A DNA stretch of 60,000 nt, taken from NCBI RefSeq assembly GCF_018350175.1, contig NC_058369.1, forward strand, positions 1,056,001 through 1,116,000. The letters are read 5' to 3'. A program made the translations under genes and the position numbers. The notes beneath the pieces are model-generated. The model made no database searches. It saw only the letters and a program-made list of their open reading frames with translations, and was not told the DNA's origin. Within the stretch, counting starts at the first letter, position 1; each line of letters opens with the position of its first letter. Positions 22,381-35,400 of this stretch are shown piece by piece. The DNA comes from Felis catus (Eukaryota).

Positions 22381-25300
22381 CTGCCCGGCCCAGAGGAAAG
22401 CGGCGGTCAGCAGGCTCCCACGCCGTGCCCACGGCCCTCAGGTCCCTGCTGCCGGTGGGGGCAGTCAGAGCCCCTCCCGGGCCACCGCCCATCGACCAGG
22501 CCTTCCCTCCCTGAGCAGAGCCGGTTAGAGTCCCCTCCCAGGCTGACTTTGGGCCAACCCATCAGATTCCTTCCCCGGCACCCCACTCTGGACCAGCCGC
22601 CACCAGGTGCCTCGGGTGCCCTCTGGTGGCAAAGCCAGGAGAGGCGAGCCGGGGACAGCCAGGTGTCCCGCCTGCGTGGCAGAAGACGGCAGGTTTATGG
22701 CCATGTTTGGTCGCTATTCCAGTCACTTCTGGGGCCCATCCCGGCTGCAGCCTGCCCTTCTGGGTTCTTAGGGTCACGTGAGCCCCTAAGTTCCCACGCA
22801 CGCCTTTTTGCACGGTAGCAGAGTGCACATAACACGAGATGTACCCATTTAACCGTCTCCAAGCACACAGCTCAGAGGCGTCAGGCACAGTCACACTGTC
22901 GTGCACCCACCCTCCATCCATCTCCAGAACTTTCCATCTCCCCAGACTGAGGCCCTGTCCCCATGAAGCACGGACTCCCCGCCCCTGGCTCCCACCATCC
23001 ACTCTCTGTCCCCGTGGACGGGACTCCTCTGGGGACCCCCTGTGAGTGGAGTCACGCGGGACGTGTCCTTCTGTGTCCAGCTCCTGTCACTGTGCAGTGT
23101 CCTCCGGGTCCATCCACATGGTGGCAGGATGTCCTAACTTTCTCAGGCTGAACAAGATTCCAGCGTGTGGAGGGACACGTTGTGTTTACGCTTCATCCAC
23201 ACGTGGACCCAGGGTTGTTTCTAAGTCCCTTCTCTTCCCTAAGCCATTTCCTGGTTTCTCTGTCATCTCCACCCCCAAGCCCCAGTCATCTGGGCAGAAG
23301 TCCGGTGATGCTGGAGTCGCCTCGTCGTGCTCCTGGCCAGCCCCACCCTAGGAAGGGGTGGTTTTCCCTGGGGAGCCTGGGGCCTGTCATTTGGTCCCCC
23401 TGAGGGCCCTGGCCATGCACCTGGGTCTCCATTCCCACCACCCCCGGCCCCGCATGTCCGGGAGTGTCTGCTCCGGGCACAGGCTCTGCCTGGTGGGGTC
23501 CCGGGAATGTGCGATGGGGACCCCAGCCCTCACCTTGGGGCGTGGCTTCTCGAGGGCTTGGTAAATGACACGCAGGGCCAGTGTAGGCAGGGTGTTTAGT
23601 GACACATTCAGCAGGATCACCAGCAGGATGGAGGGGTGGGACAGCACATTGCGGTCAGCATCTGGGGACAAGACAGGGTCACAGCCCGGCCCGCGGTGGA
23701 GCCTCCCCAGAGCCTGCTTGGCGGCCCCCCTCCTCCTGTCACCCCACCTCTCCCTCCTCTCCCTCCACCCCCGGACAGCTTTGTGCAGATTCCCAAAAGG
23801 CACCGATTCCCCCTGCACGGGACACCCCCCCCCCCCCACACACACACACAGCCGAGAAGACAGTGGCTCACAGAGGCACGAAGCGGACATTTTGACTTGG
23901 ACGCACCCGTCCCCAGGGCCCGCCACCCCATCCCCTGCTGGGGGCTCACACAGGAACGGGAAGGTCTCAGGGGAGATTTGGAAGAGCCAGAAACTCTGGC
24001 AGCCCCAAGTGACCACCATGTAGAAGCAGAAGCTGAGGAGTATGGCCAGCACAGACAGGGCCGTCCAGTACTTGATGATGAGTATGGCCTGAACAGGGAG
24101 AGAAGATCAAGCCAGGGTGGTGGCAGGGGGCTCAGGGCAGGGCTCGTGGAGGCGGGTGGGGGCTGAGTCCCCAGGGCCCACGAACAGCAGGCCCTTGGCA
24201 GGGTCACCTGAGCAGTGACATCTCAGTGGCTCACGTCCAAGGCCCCACTGGCGGGGGAGACGGGCCGGCGGCCCCGCCTACCTCCGCGGTGATGGACAGC
24301 AGGCTCGACAGGGCCACGACCGCAGAGAAAGACTGATAGTCACTGAAGCTGGTGGGCCCGGCCGAGTCGTGGCTGACCCACAGGGTCACGAAGAAGTTGA
24401 CCAGGGAGGTGGCGGTGCCATGGGCAAGGGCCTGGAGAAAGACCCAGTAGTTAAAGAGCTCGTCCTCCTGGCCCGCGATGTATAGCTGGGGCAGCTGCAG
24501 ACTCCGCTCGGCACTCACGTCCTGGGGGTGGGGCACGGGGGGGAGGGGCAGGCTCTTGGGACCCGGTGGCCCGTGGGGGACCACCCCAGCCCCCGCTCCC
24601 GGCCCCCAGGGGGAGGAACGTAGGGCAGAGACAGGGGCATCTACCGGAAAGGAGGAAGCGAGGCCTTGACTGGCTCACCTGCTCGAAGAGACCGATGTAG
24701 AGGACCGGGAGTGTGCTGAACAGCAGGTTGAAGAGTGCCAGGAACCAGCCTTCATACAGAGGCTGGCACGGGAGGGGGAGGAGAACGTGGTCAGCCTTCA
24801 GGAGCCAAATGGCCAGAAACAGAAACGTGTCTTTACCCGAGGAGACCCGCCCAAGCTGGCTGGACCCCCTGGGGAGGATGCCAGGTGAGCTGGGAAGTCA
24901 AGGCACGATGAAGGTTGGTGCTAAGGCCAGGGATGGGTCACAGGAGGCTTGATAAAGGCCGGAAGAGAACAAGGCAGAGAGGAAAACATAGTCTGATTGT
25001 TTCGAAACTTCGCCTTTGAGTCCTTGTTTTAGCTGGATGGCTGCGATGCGGAACTACGGGGGGGGGGGGTTGGAAACGGCTAGAGAATGTGTTTTCTGGC
25101 CGTTCCCGGTCTCGGGGGATCACCGCGTGGAAGAGCCCTCAGGGACAAGTAGCCCCCCTAATGACCAATCCAATCCAGTTGACAGAATAAGGGCTTCAGT
25201 TCCAAAACCCGCTTCATGTGCGTGCTGGAACTGAACGCATAAGTAACAACCAAACATTTTACAAGAACCAAGCCTTTCACTGGGGCAGAAAAGAATCACA

Positions 25301-28300
25301 AGGCGGGTCCGTGGAAAAGGCTGAGCCCGGTCCCATGGGACTGGACTCAAACATATTGCTGTGGACTCCGTTTCCAGTGTTCACAAAGACAGAGGGATAG
25401 ACACAGACAAGACAGAGAGACGGATGCGCCTCTCTACGAGGTCAATATGTGTCCACCTCCCCGCTCTTGTCAACTGAGAGAGTAATCCTGCAGCATCCCA
25501 GGACCGATGAGCACACCAAGCACTTAGATCTTGGCGTCTAACTACCAAGAACCGGGGTTCCTTAAGGAACCCGCTGATCGCAGGGTCGGGGCAGGGAAAG
25601 TACAAAATGAGCCGGGCAGTTCTGGTAGCACCAGAAAGAGGGGGTGTACCCAGAAAAGACCAGGTGCACGTCAAAAGGACAAATTGGGGACGATGTCAGC
25701 GACAAAATATACAAGAAAGTAATATCCGCGAGTCTACACTGACAGGCGTCCGTACTGAATAAATAAACAGAGGAGAAGGAACAAATGTGGAAAAACTGAA
25801 CGCCGCCCCCACGAAGATCCAGAACAAAAGAGGAAGCCTGCGTTCGACACTGGACTGGAAGTCCTAGCCAGAGCAATTTCCTCAAGAAGAGGAAATAAAC
25901 GTTACTCGAACAGAAAAGGGAGAAGTGAGGTGCCTGCGGGGCTCAGTCGGTTAAGCGTCCGACTTCGGCTCAGGTCACGATCTCGCGGTTCGCGGGTTCG
26001 AGCCCCGTCTCGGGCTCTGTGCTGACAGCTCGGAGCCTGGAGCCTGCTTCGGGTTCTGTGTCTCCCTCTCTCTCTCTGCCCCTCCCCCACTGGGGTGTGC
26101 ATGCGTGTGTGTGTGTGCGCGCGCGCTCTCTCTTTCTCTCAAAAATAAATAAACATTAAAATATTATAAAAGGAAGGAAGGAAGGAAGCAAAGCAAGAAG
26201 TAAGACTCTCTCTTTGCAGAGGACACAATCCTATATGCAGAAACTCCCCAAGGATCCACAAGGAAGCTCCTAGAATCAACCAACAGACCAGCAAAGTTTG
26301 TCTCCATACACCTGCTGGGGTGAGCAATCCCAAAAGCAAATTAAGAACATTCCAGCTTACAGAAACATCGAAGAAATACCTGTACACGAAAAAGTGGAGC
26401 AGCCAAGCAGTATCTACTGATCTACGGCGCCCCCCGTAAAGCTCCCTCTCACACGCTGGGGTTTGGGGGACAGGGAGCTCCTTCCCTCTCTCGGGCTGTC
26501 AGGGACCCAGACCCCCCCCCCCCACCCCCGGTTTCAAAGCTCCAATTCGCCAAGCATCCCCGGAGACCTTGGGCACAGAGCGGGGGCAGGACCCCTCCTC
26601 CCTGCCCGGCGCGCGTGGCCGCGCACCTGGGCGGTGAAGCCGCTGTAGAAGGCGAACCAGACCTGCGCCATCATGGTGGCCAGCGTCTTGTAGACGAAGT
26701 AGCGAAGGAACTTGCACACCCGCACGTAGGACCAGCGGCCGTGCACCAGCAGCAGGCGCTTCAGGAAGCAGAACTGGGCCAGCGCGTAGTCGCTGTTCTG
26801 AACCGCCTGCATGCCCTCCGGGCCCGCCAGCCCCACGCCGATGTCCGCGGCTGCGGGGACGCGCGCGCGGCCGGTCAGCCCGGGCTCTCCCCCCGCCCCC
26901 CACCCCGCCGCCGCCCCCCTGCCGCCCCGCCACGCACTCTTGATCATGTTGACGTCGTTGGCGCCGTCCCCGATGGCCAGGGTCACCGCGCGCTGGTATT
27001 TCTTGACCAGCGCCACGATCAGAGCCTTCTGCTTGGGCGTCACGCGGCAGCAGATGACCGCTTGGCAACGGGCGGCCAGCTCCACGAAGGCCCGCTCGCG
27101 CCGCACCTCGGGGCCGTCGCGGGCGCCGGAGTCCTTGACGACCCGCGGCCCCAGCCCCGTGCCCCTCAGCTGGGTCCCGAGGGTCCGCCACATCAGGGAC
27201 ACCCTCTGGGCGCGCAGGAAGTTCGTCGTCCGCTCGCCGGGCTCCTGCCAGGCCTCCTCCACGTCCACGTCCACGTCCTCGTCCCGCACCAGCGCCCGCG
27301 GCTCCTTGCGCAGGGACAGCAGCAGCTGGTCCTGGCCGGCGGGGGCGGGGCGGGGCGGGGGCGCGTCACCCTGCACCCCTCCGCTCCCGGCAAGGCCCCG
27401 CGGCCCCAAGCCAGGCTGGACTTGACCGCGACCCGCCCCTCCCCTGCTCCGGCCCCTTCCGCCTCGCCCCGTCCAGCAGCTCCCGCGGCCGGTGCCCCTC
27501 CCGGCCCCCTGCCCTACACCAGGGGCGCCGCCGTGGCCCCGAGCGGACACTGACCAGGAACTCCCCGTTGATGACCATGGCCACCTTGGTCTGTTGCAGG
27601 AAGCGGCTCTGCAGGGGGCCCTGGCCGGCCAGCAGGCCGTCGTCGCTCCCCCAGTGGGCCTCCAGGATCCGACTGGGGGGTGGGGGGCGGCGGGTCAGCA
27701 GCCGCAGGGCACGGCCTCCCGCCCCCCACGCCCTTGCCTCGTTGTGCCGGGGTCCCCCGCTCCGGGAGTCCCCGCCGGGCAGCGGCTTCGGGCACTCCGC
27801 AGACCCCCCGGGGCCGCCAGCACCCCGACTTCTTACGTGATCTCCTTCTCCTCCAGAACGAGCATGTTCTCCGACAGCAGCTGGCAGGCAAAACCGATGT
27901 TCACGGCCGTCTCTGCAAACCAGCCCAGCTCAGCGCCCCTTGGGGGCCACGCCCACCCTGCTGCGTGGACCCGGGCCCCCACAACCACATCAGCATGCCC
28001 CTCCCCCTGGCCACGGGGATTGGTTCAGAAGAGGACCCGTGACTCAGGCCGGCCAATGGCAGCCCGCCCTGCGTTTTTTGGCTGCCGCTCTGAGCAAAGG
28101 GGGCTCGCTTTGGTGCGTGGCCGGGGCTGGGCTCCTGGACGAAAGGAGGGTGGGGCGCGGGGCCAAGAGGTCATTGGGCATAGCCTGCCTAGACCCCACG
28201 GGCCCTTCTTGGAACCCACACAAATGACTTAATTTCTTTTAAAACCAGAAGAAAACATAATGATAATGACTGTGATCCAGCTCGGATATTTGTCTTGATC

Positions 28301-31208
28301 CCAACGCAGCTGCAAGACGTCATTTTAAGTACTTTGTGTGTGTTCGGGGCGCCTGGGTGGCGCAGTCGGTTAAGCGTCTTCAGCCAGGTCACGATCTTGC
28401 GGTCCGGGAGTTCGAGCCCCGCGTCGGGCTCTGGGCTGATGGCTCAGAGCCTGGAGCCTGTTTCTGATTCTGTGTCTCCCTCTCTCTGCCCCTCCCCCGT
28501 TCATGCTCTGTCTCTCTCTGTCCCAAAAATAAATAAACATTGAAAAAAAAAATCTTAAGTACTTTGTGTGCATGTGCCTGGTGCCCACGTAAGTCCCAAT
28601 GCGGCCCCGGGGGCCACAAAGAACCCACAGGGCAGTGGAGGAGATTCGGGGCTCCAGGACCAAGGGACCGGTGGGCCCACGCCACTTTGCCCCCGAGTCA
28701 CTGGGCAACCTCCAGCGCCTGCTCCCAGCCGTCTGAGCCCGGCTCCGCCCACCTGTCACACAGGGGCAACCCGGCCACTCAGGAAGCCTCCGCACAGGGC
28801 CAGCCCGCCCAACGGAGGTGTCGGGGGTGGGGACCCCAGCATTAATCATGCCCGTTCCTCCCTTCCCGGCTTGACGCGGAGGGCAACGCCGAGCCGGAAC
28901 AAATGGGACAGGAGGGCGGTGTCCTGTCCGGGCAGGTGAGGGGCGCTCTCCCACCCATCCCCCTTCTCTCGGCGCCCCGGGGACCCACCTTGCTTATCCC
29001 CTGTGAGTACCCACACTTTGATGTTCCCCTGCTTGAGACACTGGATGGTGTCGCAGACGCCGTCCTGGAGTCTGTCCTCGATGGCTGTGGCTCCCAGCAG
29101 CTGGGGGCGGGGCCGGGGGGGGGGCAGTCAGCGCCCTGGCAGAGGCGGGGCGCCCGGCCCGGCCCCTCCGCGCTCCGCCCACCTGCAGGCCTTTCTCCAT
29201 CTCCTCGTACACCTGGTGCAGGGCGTGGGCCCGGTTCTGCTGCCGCAGGCTGGCTTCCCGGTGCCGCTGGCGCCACTCCTCGTACGTGTCCTCGTCCACC
29301 CTCTTGTACGCCAGGCACAGGGTCCGCAGGGTCTCCTCGGCAAAGGACTGGGGGCCGGGTGGGAGGGCCCTGGCACCACCCCGTCGCCACTCTGCCTCCC
29401 TGACACTCTTCCGGCCCTCCTCCCTGCTTGGGGTCCCCGAACCTTGCCCCCCACCCCCAGGGGGGCTGCTCTGGCTCAGCCCCCCACCCCCACCCGTACC
29501 CAGCTCTGTCCTGCCTCCACACCTCTGCACCTGCCCTTCCTCTTGTCGGGAACCCCTCTCCCTTTGCTTTGGCTTCGCATGGCCATTTCTAACTGTTCCT
29601 CAAGACCCTCAGCACCGCCCGGCCAGACCCTTCCCTGGGACCCCAACAGCCCCTGACCCTTCCCCTGACCCCTGGGCTTTGGAATGTCCGTACCGCACAC
29701 AACCTGGACAACTGCACGTGGCCAGCCTGGGTGCCTGCCACTTCTCTGCACACTCTCCTCCTCTGCCCGCCTCTCCCTGCCCCTCACCCCCTGCCTTACC
29801 CCAACAGCTTCCCCCCACCCCCAGCAGGGACTCACAGCCAAGGCCTCCTCCGTGGTCCACTCTGTCATGCCTTTCTTGCTCAAGCGCTCAAAGATGACCA
29901 CGTCGGCGCCTTTGGTGTAGAGGTAGATGGCGCCCTCGGGGTTTCGGACTGCAGAGGGAGAAGCCAGGCTGCCCACACACACTCTCCCCTGCCCGCCCAC
30001 CCCCCGCGCGGGGCGCGAGCACTCACCCAGCACCGACATGCGCTTCCTCATGCTGTTGAAGTCCATCATGGCGAGGACCTGATACACCCGTTCGTCCCCC
30101 AGCTCCATCACCGTGATGCTGTCCCGCGTGCGCGCCACGAACACGTAGCCAAAATTCCGGGCCGCCGTGACCAGCGCCTCCTCGTCCGGGGATGCCGCCT
30201 GGTACACCGGCTGGTCTGCTGGGGGAGGGAACCGCGGCTGGGGCGGGCGTGTCCCCCGAGAGCTTTCCTCCATCGGGACCGCCACCCATCTCCAGAGCGC
30301 AAAGGAGGAAACCAGACGTTCACAGGACGGTGGTCTCTCGGGCCAGTACGAGCTCTAAGCCCGGCAGAGGGAGGTAGGTGCGTGGACCCCGGTCCGAAGG
30401 GCCCCCCGCTTCCCACAGCAACAGATCTCGAGCCTCGGGCCTGGACACCCTTAGGCCCAGAAGAGGTGGGGCTTGGGACAGGGCCTAAGCACCCTCCAAG
30501 CCCAAGGAAGGGAGCCCTGGGGAGTGGGCTGGAGCGTCTCGGGAGCCCCACGGCCGGAGCACCGCCCCCAGGCGGGGAAGAGGAGGTGGGCGCACTCACG
30601 GTCTTTCTCCTGGACCATCACAGTGTGACAGATGGCCAGCAGACGCCAGAACTCCCGCACCGCCTCGTCCGTGCGGCCCCGAACGGCTCGCAGGAGCTCC
30701 GCGTTCCGGTAAGGGAACTTGCCGTCGGCAAATTTGTTCCAGAGGTAGGGGCTCCCCTGAGGGGTTGGGAGGGGACAGGCCGGCTCTGGGTGGGCCACTG
30801 CCCACCCCCACCCCTAGCCCGTGCTGCAGGGCGGCCGGGGCTCACCTTACACGGGGCCGCCTCCTCGTCGTCGGGGCCTGGGGAAAGACCCAGCTTCAGG
30901 CCCCAGCCGCCGCGCCCACGGGGATCCCGCAGCGCCCACCCCACACTGGCAGGCTTCCCGGGGCCACTGAGATGGCCAGACAAGCGGGCCCGGGCCTCTG
31001 GACCCGACACCCCAACAACCAAGGACCCCCCCCCTGGCCACAGCTTTGCCTTCTGCACGAAGGAGAGAAAAGAGTGGCATGGCTTCCAAAGGTCCCGGCA
31101 GCACGGCCGGGGTGCAGCCCAGCCTCATGCAGGCGTTTTGTTTGATCTCTTCACGGTGTCTTTTTACAACTTGGACCTGCCTGCCTACTTTGAAAGATTG
31201 GGGTGATG

Positions 31209-31252
<44 letters not shown>

Positions 31253-32395
31253 CGGGTCCACAGCCCTTCTAGAAACATCAGAAGACCTGGCCTGAGGTCG
31301 ATGCTGCTTGCCACAGGCCCTGCTGCTCCCTATCGCCCCTGAGACCCCGGCTGAGGGTGGGGTGGGCTTTACCAGAGGGCATGGGCCCATTTCCGTCTTC
31401 CCGTTAATACCCCGGTGGGTGCTCTACACGTCCTGGCCCAAACCACGTCCCCACTTTATGATGGCCAAGAGGACCCTGCCCCACCACTGTTTGCGTGGTC
31501 TGCGAGCCAAGAATGGTTTCCACATTTCTGGGGCGCCTGGGTGGCTCAGTTGGTCGAGCAACCTGCCCTCAGTTCAGGTCACGATCCCGTGGTTTGTGAG
31601 TTCAAATCCCACATCGGGCCCTGTGCTGCCAGCGCGAGGCCCACTTCAGATCTTGTCCCCCTCGCCCCGCCCCTCCCCTGCTTTCGCTCTCCTAAAAATA
31701 AATACATATTTTTTAAAAAGAGAGAGAGGGGCGCCTGGGTGGCGCAGTCGGTTAAGCGTCCGACTTCAGCCAGGTCACGATCTCTCGCGGTCCGTGGGTT
31801 CAAGCCCCGCGTCGGGCTCTGGGCTGACCGCTCAGAGCCTGGAGCCTGCTTCCGATTCTGTGTCTCCCTCTCTCTCTGCCCCTCCCCCGTTCATGCTCTG
31901 TCTCTCTCTGTCCCAAAAATAAATGAACGTTGATAAAAAGAGAGAGAGAGGGGCGCCTGAGCGGCTCATTCGGTTGAGTGTCCGACTTCGGCTCAGGTCA
32001 TGATCTCGCAGTTCGTGGGTTCGAGCCCCGCGTCAGGCTCTGTGTTGACGGCTCAGAGCCCGGAGCCTGTTTCAGATTCTGTGTCTCCCTCTCTCTCTCA
32101 TCCTCCCCTGCTCACACTCTGTCTCTCTCTCTCTCTCAAAATTAAATAAACATTTAAAAGAGAGAGAGAGAGAGAGAGAGAATGTTTCTCACATTTCTAA
32201 ATGTCTGGGAAAACATTGAAAGACGATCATCTCGTGCCACATGAAAATGTTAATGAAATTCCAAATTCAGGACTGGCCCGGTCGGGTAGGCGTCCGACTC
32301 TCCATTCTGGCTCAGGTCGTGATCTCACAGGTCGTGAGTTCGGGCCCCGTGTTGGGCTCTGTGCTGACAGTGCTGAGCCTGCTTGGGATTCTCTC

Positions 32396-32435
<40 letters not shown>

Positions 32436-35400
32436 CACCCCCCGCAGCCCACTTGTTCTCCCTCCCCTGCTTCGCAAAAATACATAAACTTAAAAAAATA
32501 AAATAAAGGGGCGCCTGGGTGGCGCAGTCAGTTAAGCGTCCGACTTCAGCCAGGTCACGATCTCGCCGTCCGTGAGTTCGAGCCCCGCGTCGGGCTCTGG
32601 GCTGATGGCTCAGAGCCTGGAGCCTGTTTCCGATTCTGTGTCTCCCTCTCTCTGCCCCTCCCCCATTCATGCTCTGTCTCTCTCTGTCCCAAAAATAAAT
32701 AAACGTTGAAAAAAAAAATTTTTTTTTTTAAATAAAATAAAATAAAATAAAATAAAGAAATTGCACATTCAGCGTCCCCAAGGAGAGGTCTGTCTGTGAA
32801 AACCGAAAGAATCCTATTCCGTGACACGTGGAGACGCTGACACCCCACGTCCCGCGTCCACACGCAGGCTGCCGTCGAGGGGCAATGGCCAGCCCGAGTC
32901 TCGACCGGGGCCGGGTGAGCCGAGAGGCCCACAGTATCGCTCTGTGGGCAACGTGGGACGATGCCGCGTGGCCACAGTTCCGTGGCCCAGAAGCACAGGG
33001 CGTGGGGCCGGCGACCCCGGGACCCGCGGGGTGGGACCCACCGTAGACGATGCCGCCGATGCAGCACTTCTTGAAGGTCATGACGTTCTGCGTGAGCGTG
33101 CCCGTCTTGTCCGAGAACACGTACCCCACCTGGCCCAGCTGGTCGTTGAGGCTGGTGCTGCGGGCCTTGGCGGGCACGTCCTGTGGCGCGTAGTACATCT
33201 GTACGTCCCAGTTGATGAACATGCTGTTGCCCAGGTAGATGAACTCGACCCTGCGACACACTCCGGGTCACAGCTCCGCCCCCGCTCCTGAGGGGAGGGC
33301 AGGAAGGGGCGGGGGGAGACAGGCAGGAAGGGGCGGGGGGGGGGGGGGAGAGGGCCAGGGCCTCACATGATGAACATGGCCATGGGCACCATGACGCTGA
33401 GCAGGATGAAGAAGCCCCAGAAGGTGAGGAAGGTCTCGGCGGCCACGCTCTGCACGTGCCTGGGGGACACGTAGTGGTGCTTGGCCTTGAACTCCTTCAC
33501 CTTGAACCAGAAGCCCAAGCTCAACGCCACGGAGATCAGCACCAGGAACAGAAAGATCTGGAAGGCAAGTGGTGGGCATGCGGGTGACCCCGGGTGACAC
33601 AGGGGTGCCCCGGGGACTCACCGACAGGGGCACTCAGTGGGGACGGGTGGGCGGGACGGGTCCCCGGGGCAGGGGCGCTGCGGGGGGGGGGGGGTGCGGA
33701 CCTGGGAGGGGAACTTGCAGGCTCTTTGTCGGCCTCGTGAGCTGCTGTTGTTTCAATTATTATTACAATAACTTCAGAAAAGAGAACTAATCGGGCAAAA
33801 CCCGCAAGCCGCCCAAGTTGAGCGCAGGCCACCTTATTATCTCCTGCAGGCCTGGAGGGCGTCAGAGTTGGGGCCACGAGGACGTCACTACTTGGCCCTC
33901 ATCCTAACAAGAGATCCTCCGGCCCACAGACCCGTCTGAGGATCAGGACGCACGTGCTTTTGCACAGGAGGGAAACGGAGGCCCGGAAGAGGACGGCCGG
34001 GGCCTCGGGCGCCTCACCAGGGCCACCAGCCTGTTCAGCAGACGGTCTATCCTGCTCCTCTTCGGGTGGATCTTGCCACAGTTCCTCATGATCTTGGTGT
34101 CGAAACCTGTGGGGTTTGCGTCTGCTTGTCGCCCGCCCGTCCTCCTGGCCTGCACCCGCCCCCCCCCCCGGGCCGCCCCGGGCCGCCCCGGGCCGCACCG
34201 GCGTAGATGACCAGCCCGTAGCAGGTGTCCGTGTTCCGGACCTTGCAGCCGCGCAGGAGCACGTTGCCGATGTCCAGGGGGTGCTTCCTGCCGTTCCACT
34301 CCAGGCACCCCACAAAGTGGTGCAACCTGCTGTTGGGTTCCTCACACACCACCTTGCCTGGGGGCCACGTGGGGGGGAGGTCAGGTAGCCACAGGCTCGT
34401 TGGGGGGGGGGGGGCTCGGCCTGCCCTTTCTGAGTTGGGGCGGGGGGGACGCCGCTGTCCCCCTCCGGCCCCAGCCACCCGCACGGGGCCCGCCCTGCCC
34501 CACTCCGGCCCCGCTCACCCCTGCACCACCCCCAGGCAGCCTCCTCCTGCTCCAGAGCCGGCCCCTTCCAGCCGCGGGGGTCTTGGGTGCGAGGCCCCCG
34601 GCCCCCCGGACTCAACCTCCTCAGAGACGCCCTCCCTCCCTGAGCCCCCTTCCCCATGGTTACAACCCTGGGACGACATCGTCAACCTGAGCTCTGTGGG
34701 GGTAGGTGCCAGCCTGGTCTTGGTGACGCTGAGGCCCCGGGGCCCAGCCTCGCGCTTGGCCCACAGCAGGTGCTCAATAAATGTGTAAGGAGGGAAAGAA
34801 GGAAGGGACACCGACATCCAACTCCCTGAAGCCACGGGGGACAAATGCAGGCACTGTCGTTTCCCAGAAGGTGGTGGGAGAGGTCCTTCCCACCACCAGT
34901 CCCGCTCGTGTTCGAGGAGATCAAGGCAGGATGAAAGGCTGGACCAGCGCAGGGTTAAAATGGCCATGGGGTGTGGACCGGGACCCTGGCAGGGAGCAAG
35001 CCCACACCTCCTGCCACCTCTCTGACCAGACCCCAGTCTCCTCCTCTGAAAAATGGGGCCATGCCCTGCAGCACCCGCTCAGTCAGGTCAGGGCCTAGAG
35101 GGAGCGGTGGGGACACGTGCAGCCACCCTCCCCACGAGCGAGGCTTTCTCCCAGATATCAGGCATGCAGCCGGTGCGTGGATGTCAGGAGCGAAGGGCCG
35201 TGGCTCAGGACAGAGATTCGGCTCCCGAACCAATCAGAGCAGCCTGCCTTTGCAACGAGACAGGAAAAAATAAAGTATCCCCTCGCTGGGCCACCGTGCA
35301 GGCGAATCGCGAGCCCATGTACGCAGGCCGCCTTTTCAATTAAACCACCAAAACTGTTTGACTCGAAGCGGTCGTGTTTCATAAATAAAATGTAAAGCCT

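Larger units (their letters stand above)
31470..32950 (+). mobile_element. MER58-like hAT DNA transposon remnant broken up by SINEs
   Basis: Pieces gcgagccaagaatggtttccacattt / gtgccacatgaaaatg...gaaattccaaattcag / ccgtgacacgtg resemble recalled MER58B consensus. Confidence 0.5.

Noticed and set aside
21610..22818. 402 aa + strand ORF; also 491 aa at 29731-31206 and 312 aa at 26615-27553
   Set aside because: Antisense shadows of ATP8B3 exons in GC-rich DNA
25929..26010. tRNA-like A/B boxes
   Set aside because: These are heads of tRNA-derived CAN-SINEs, not tRNA genes
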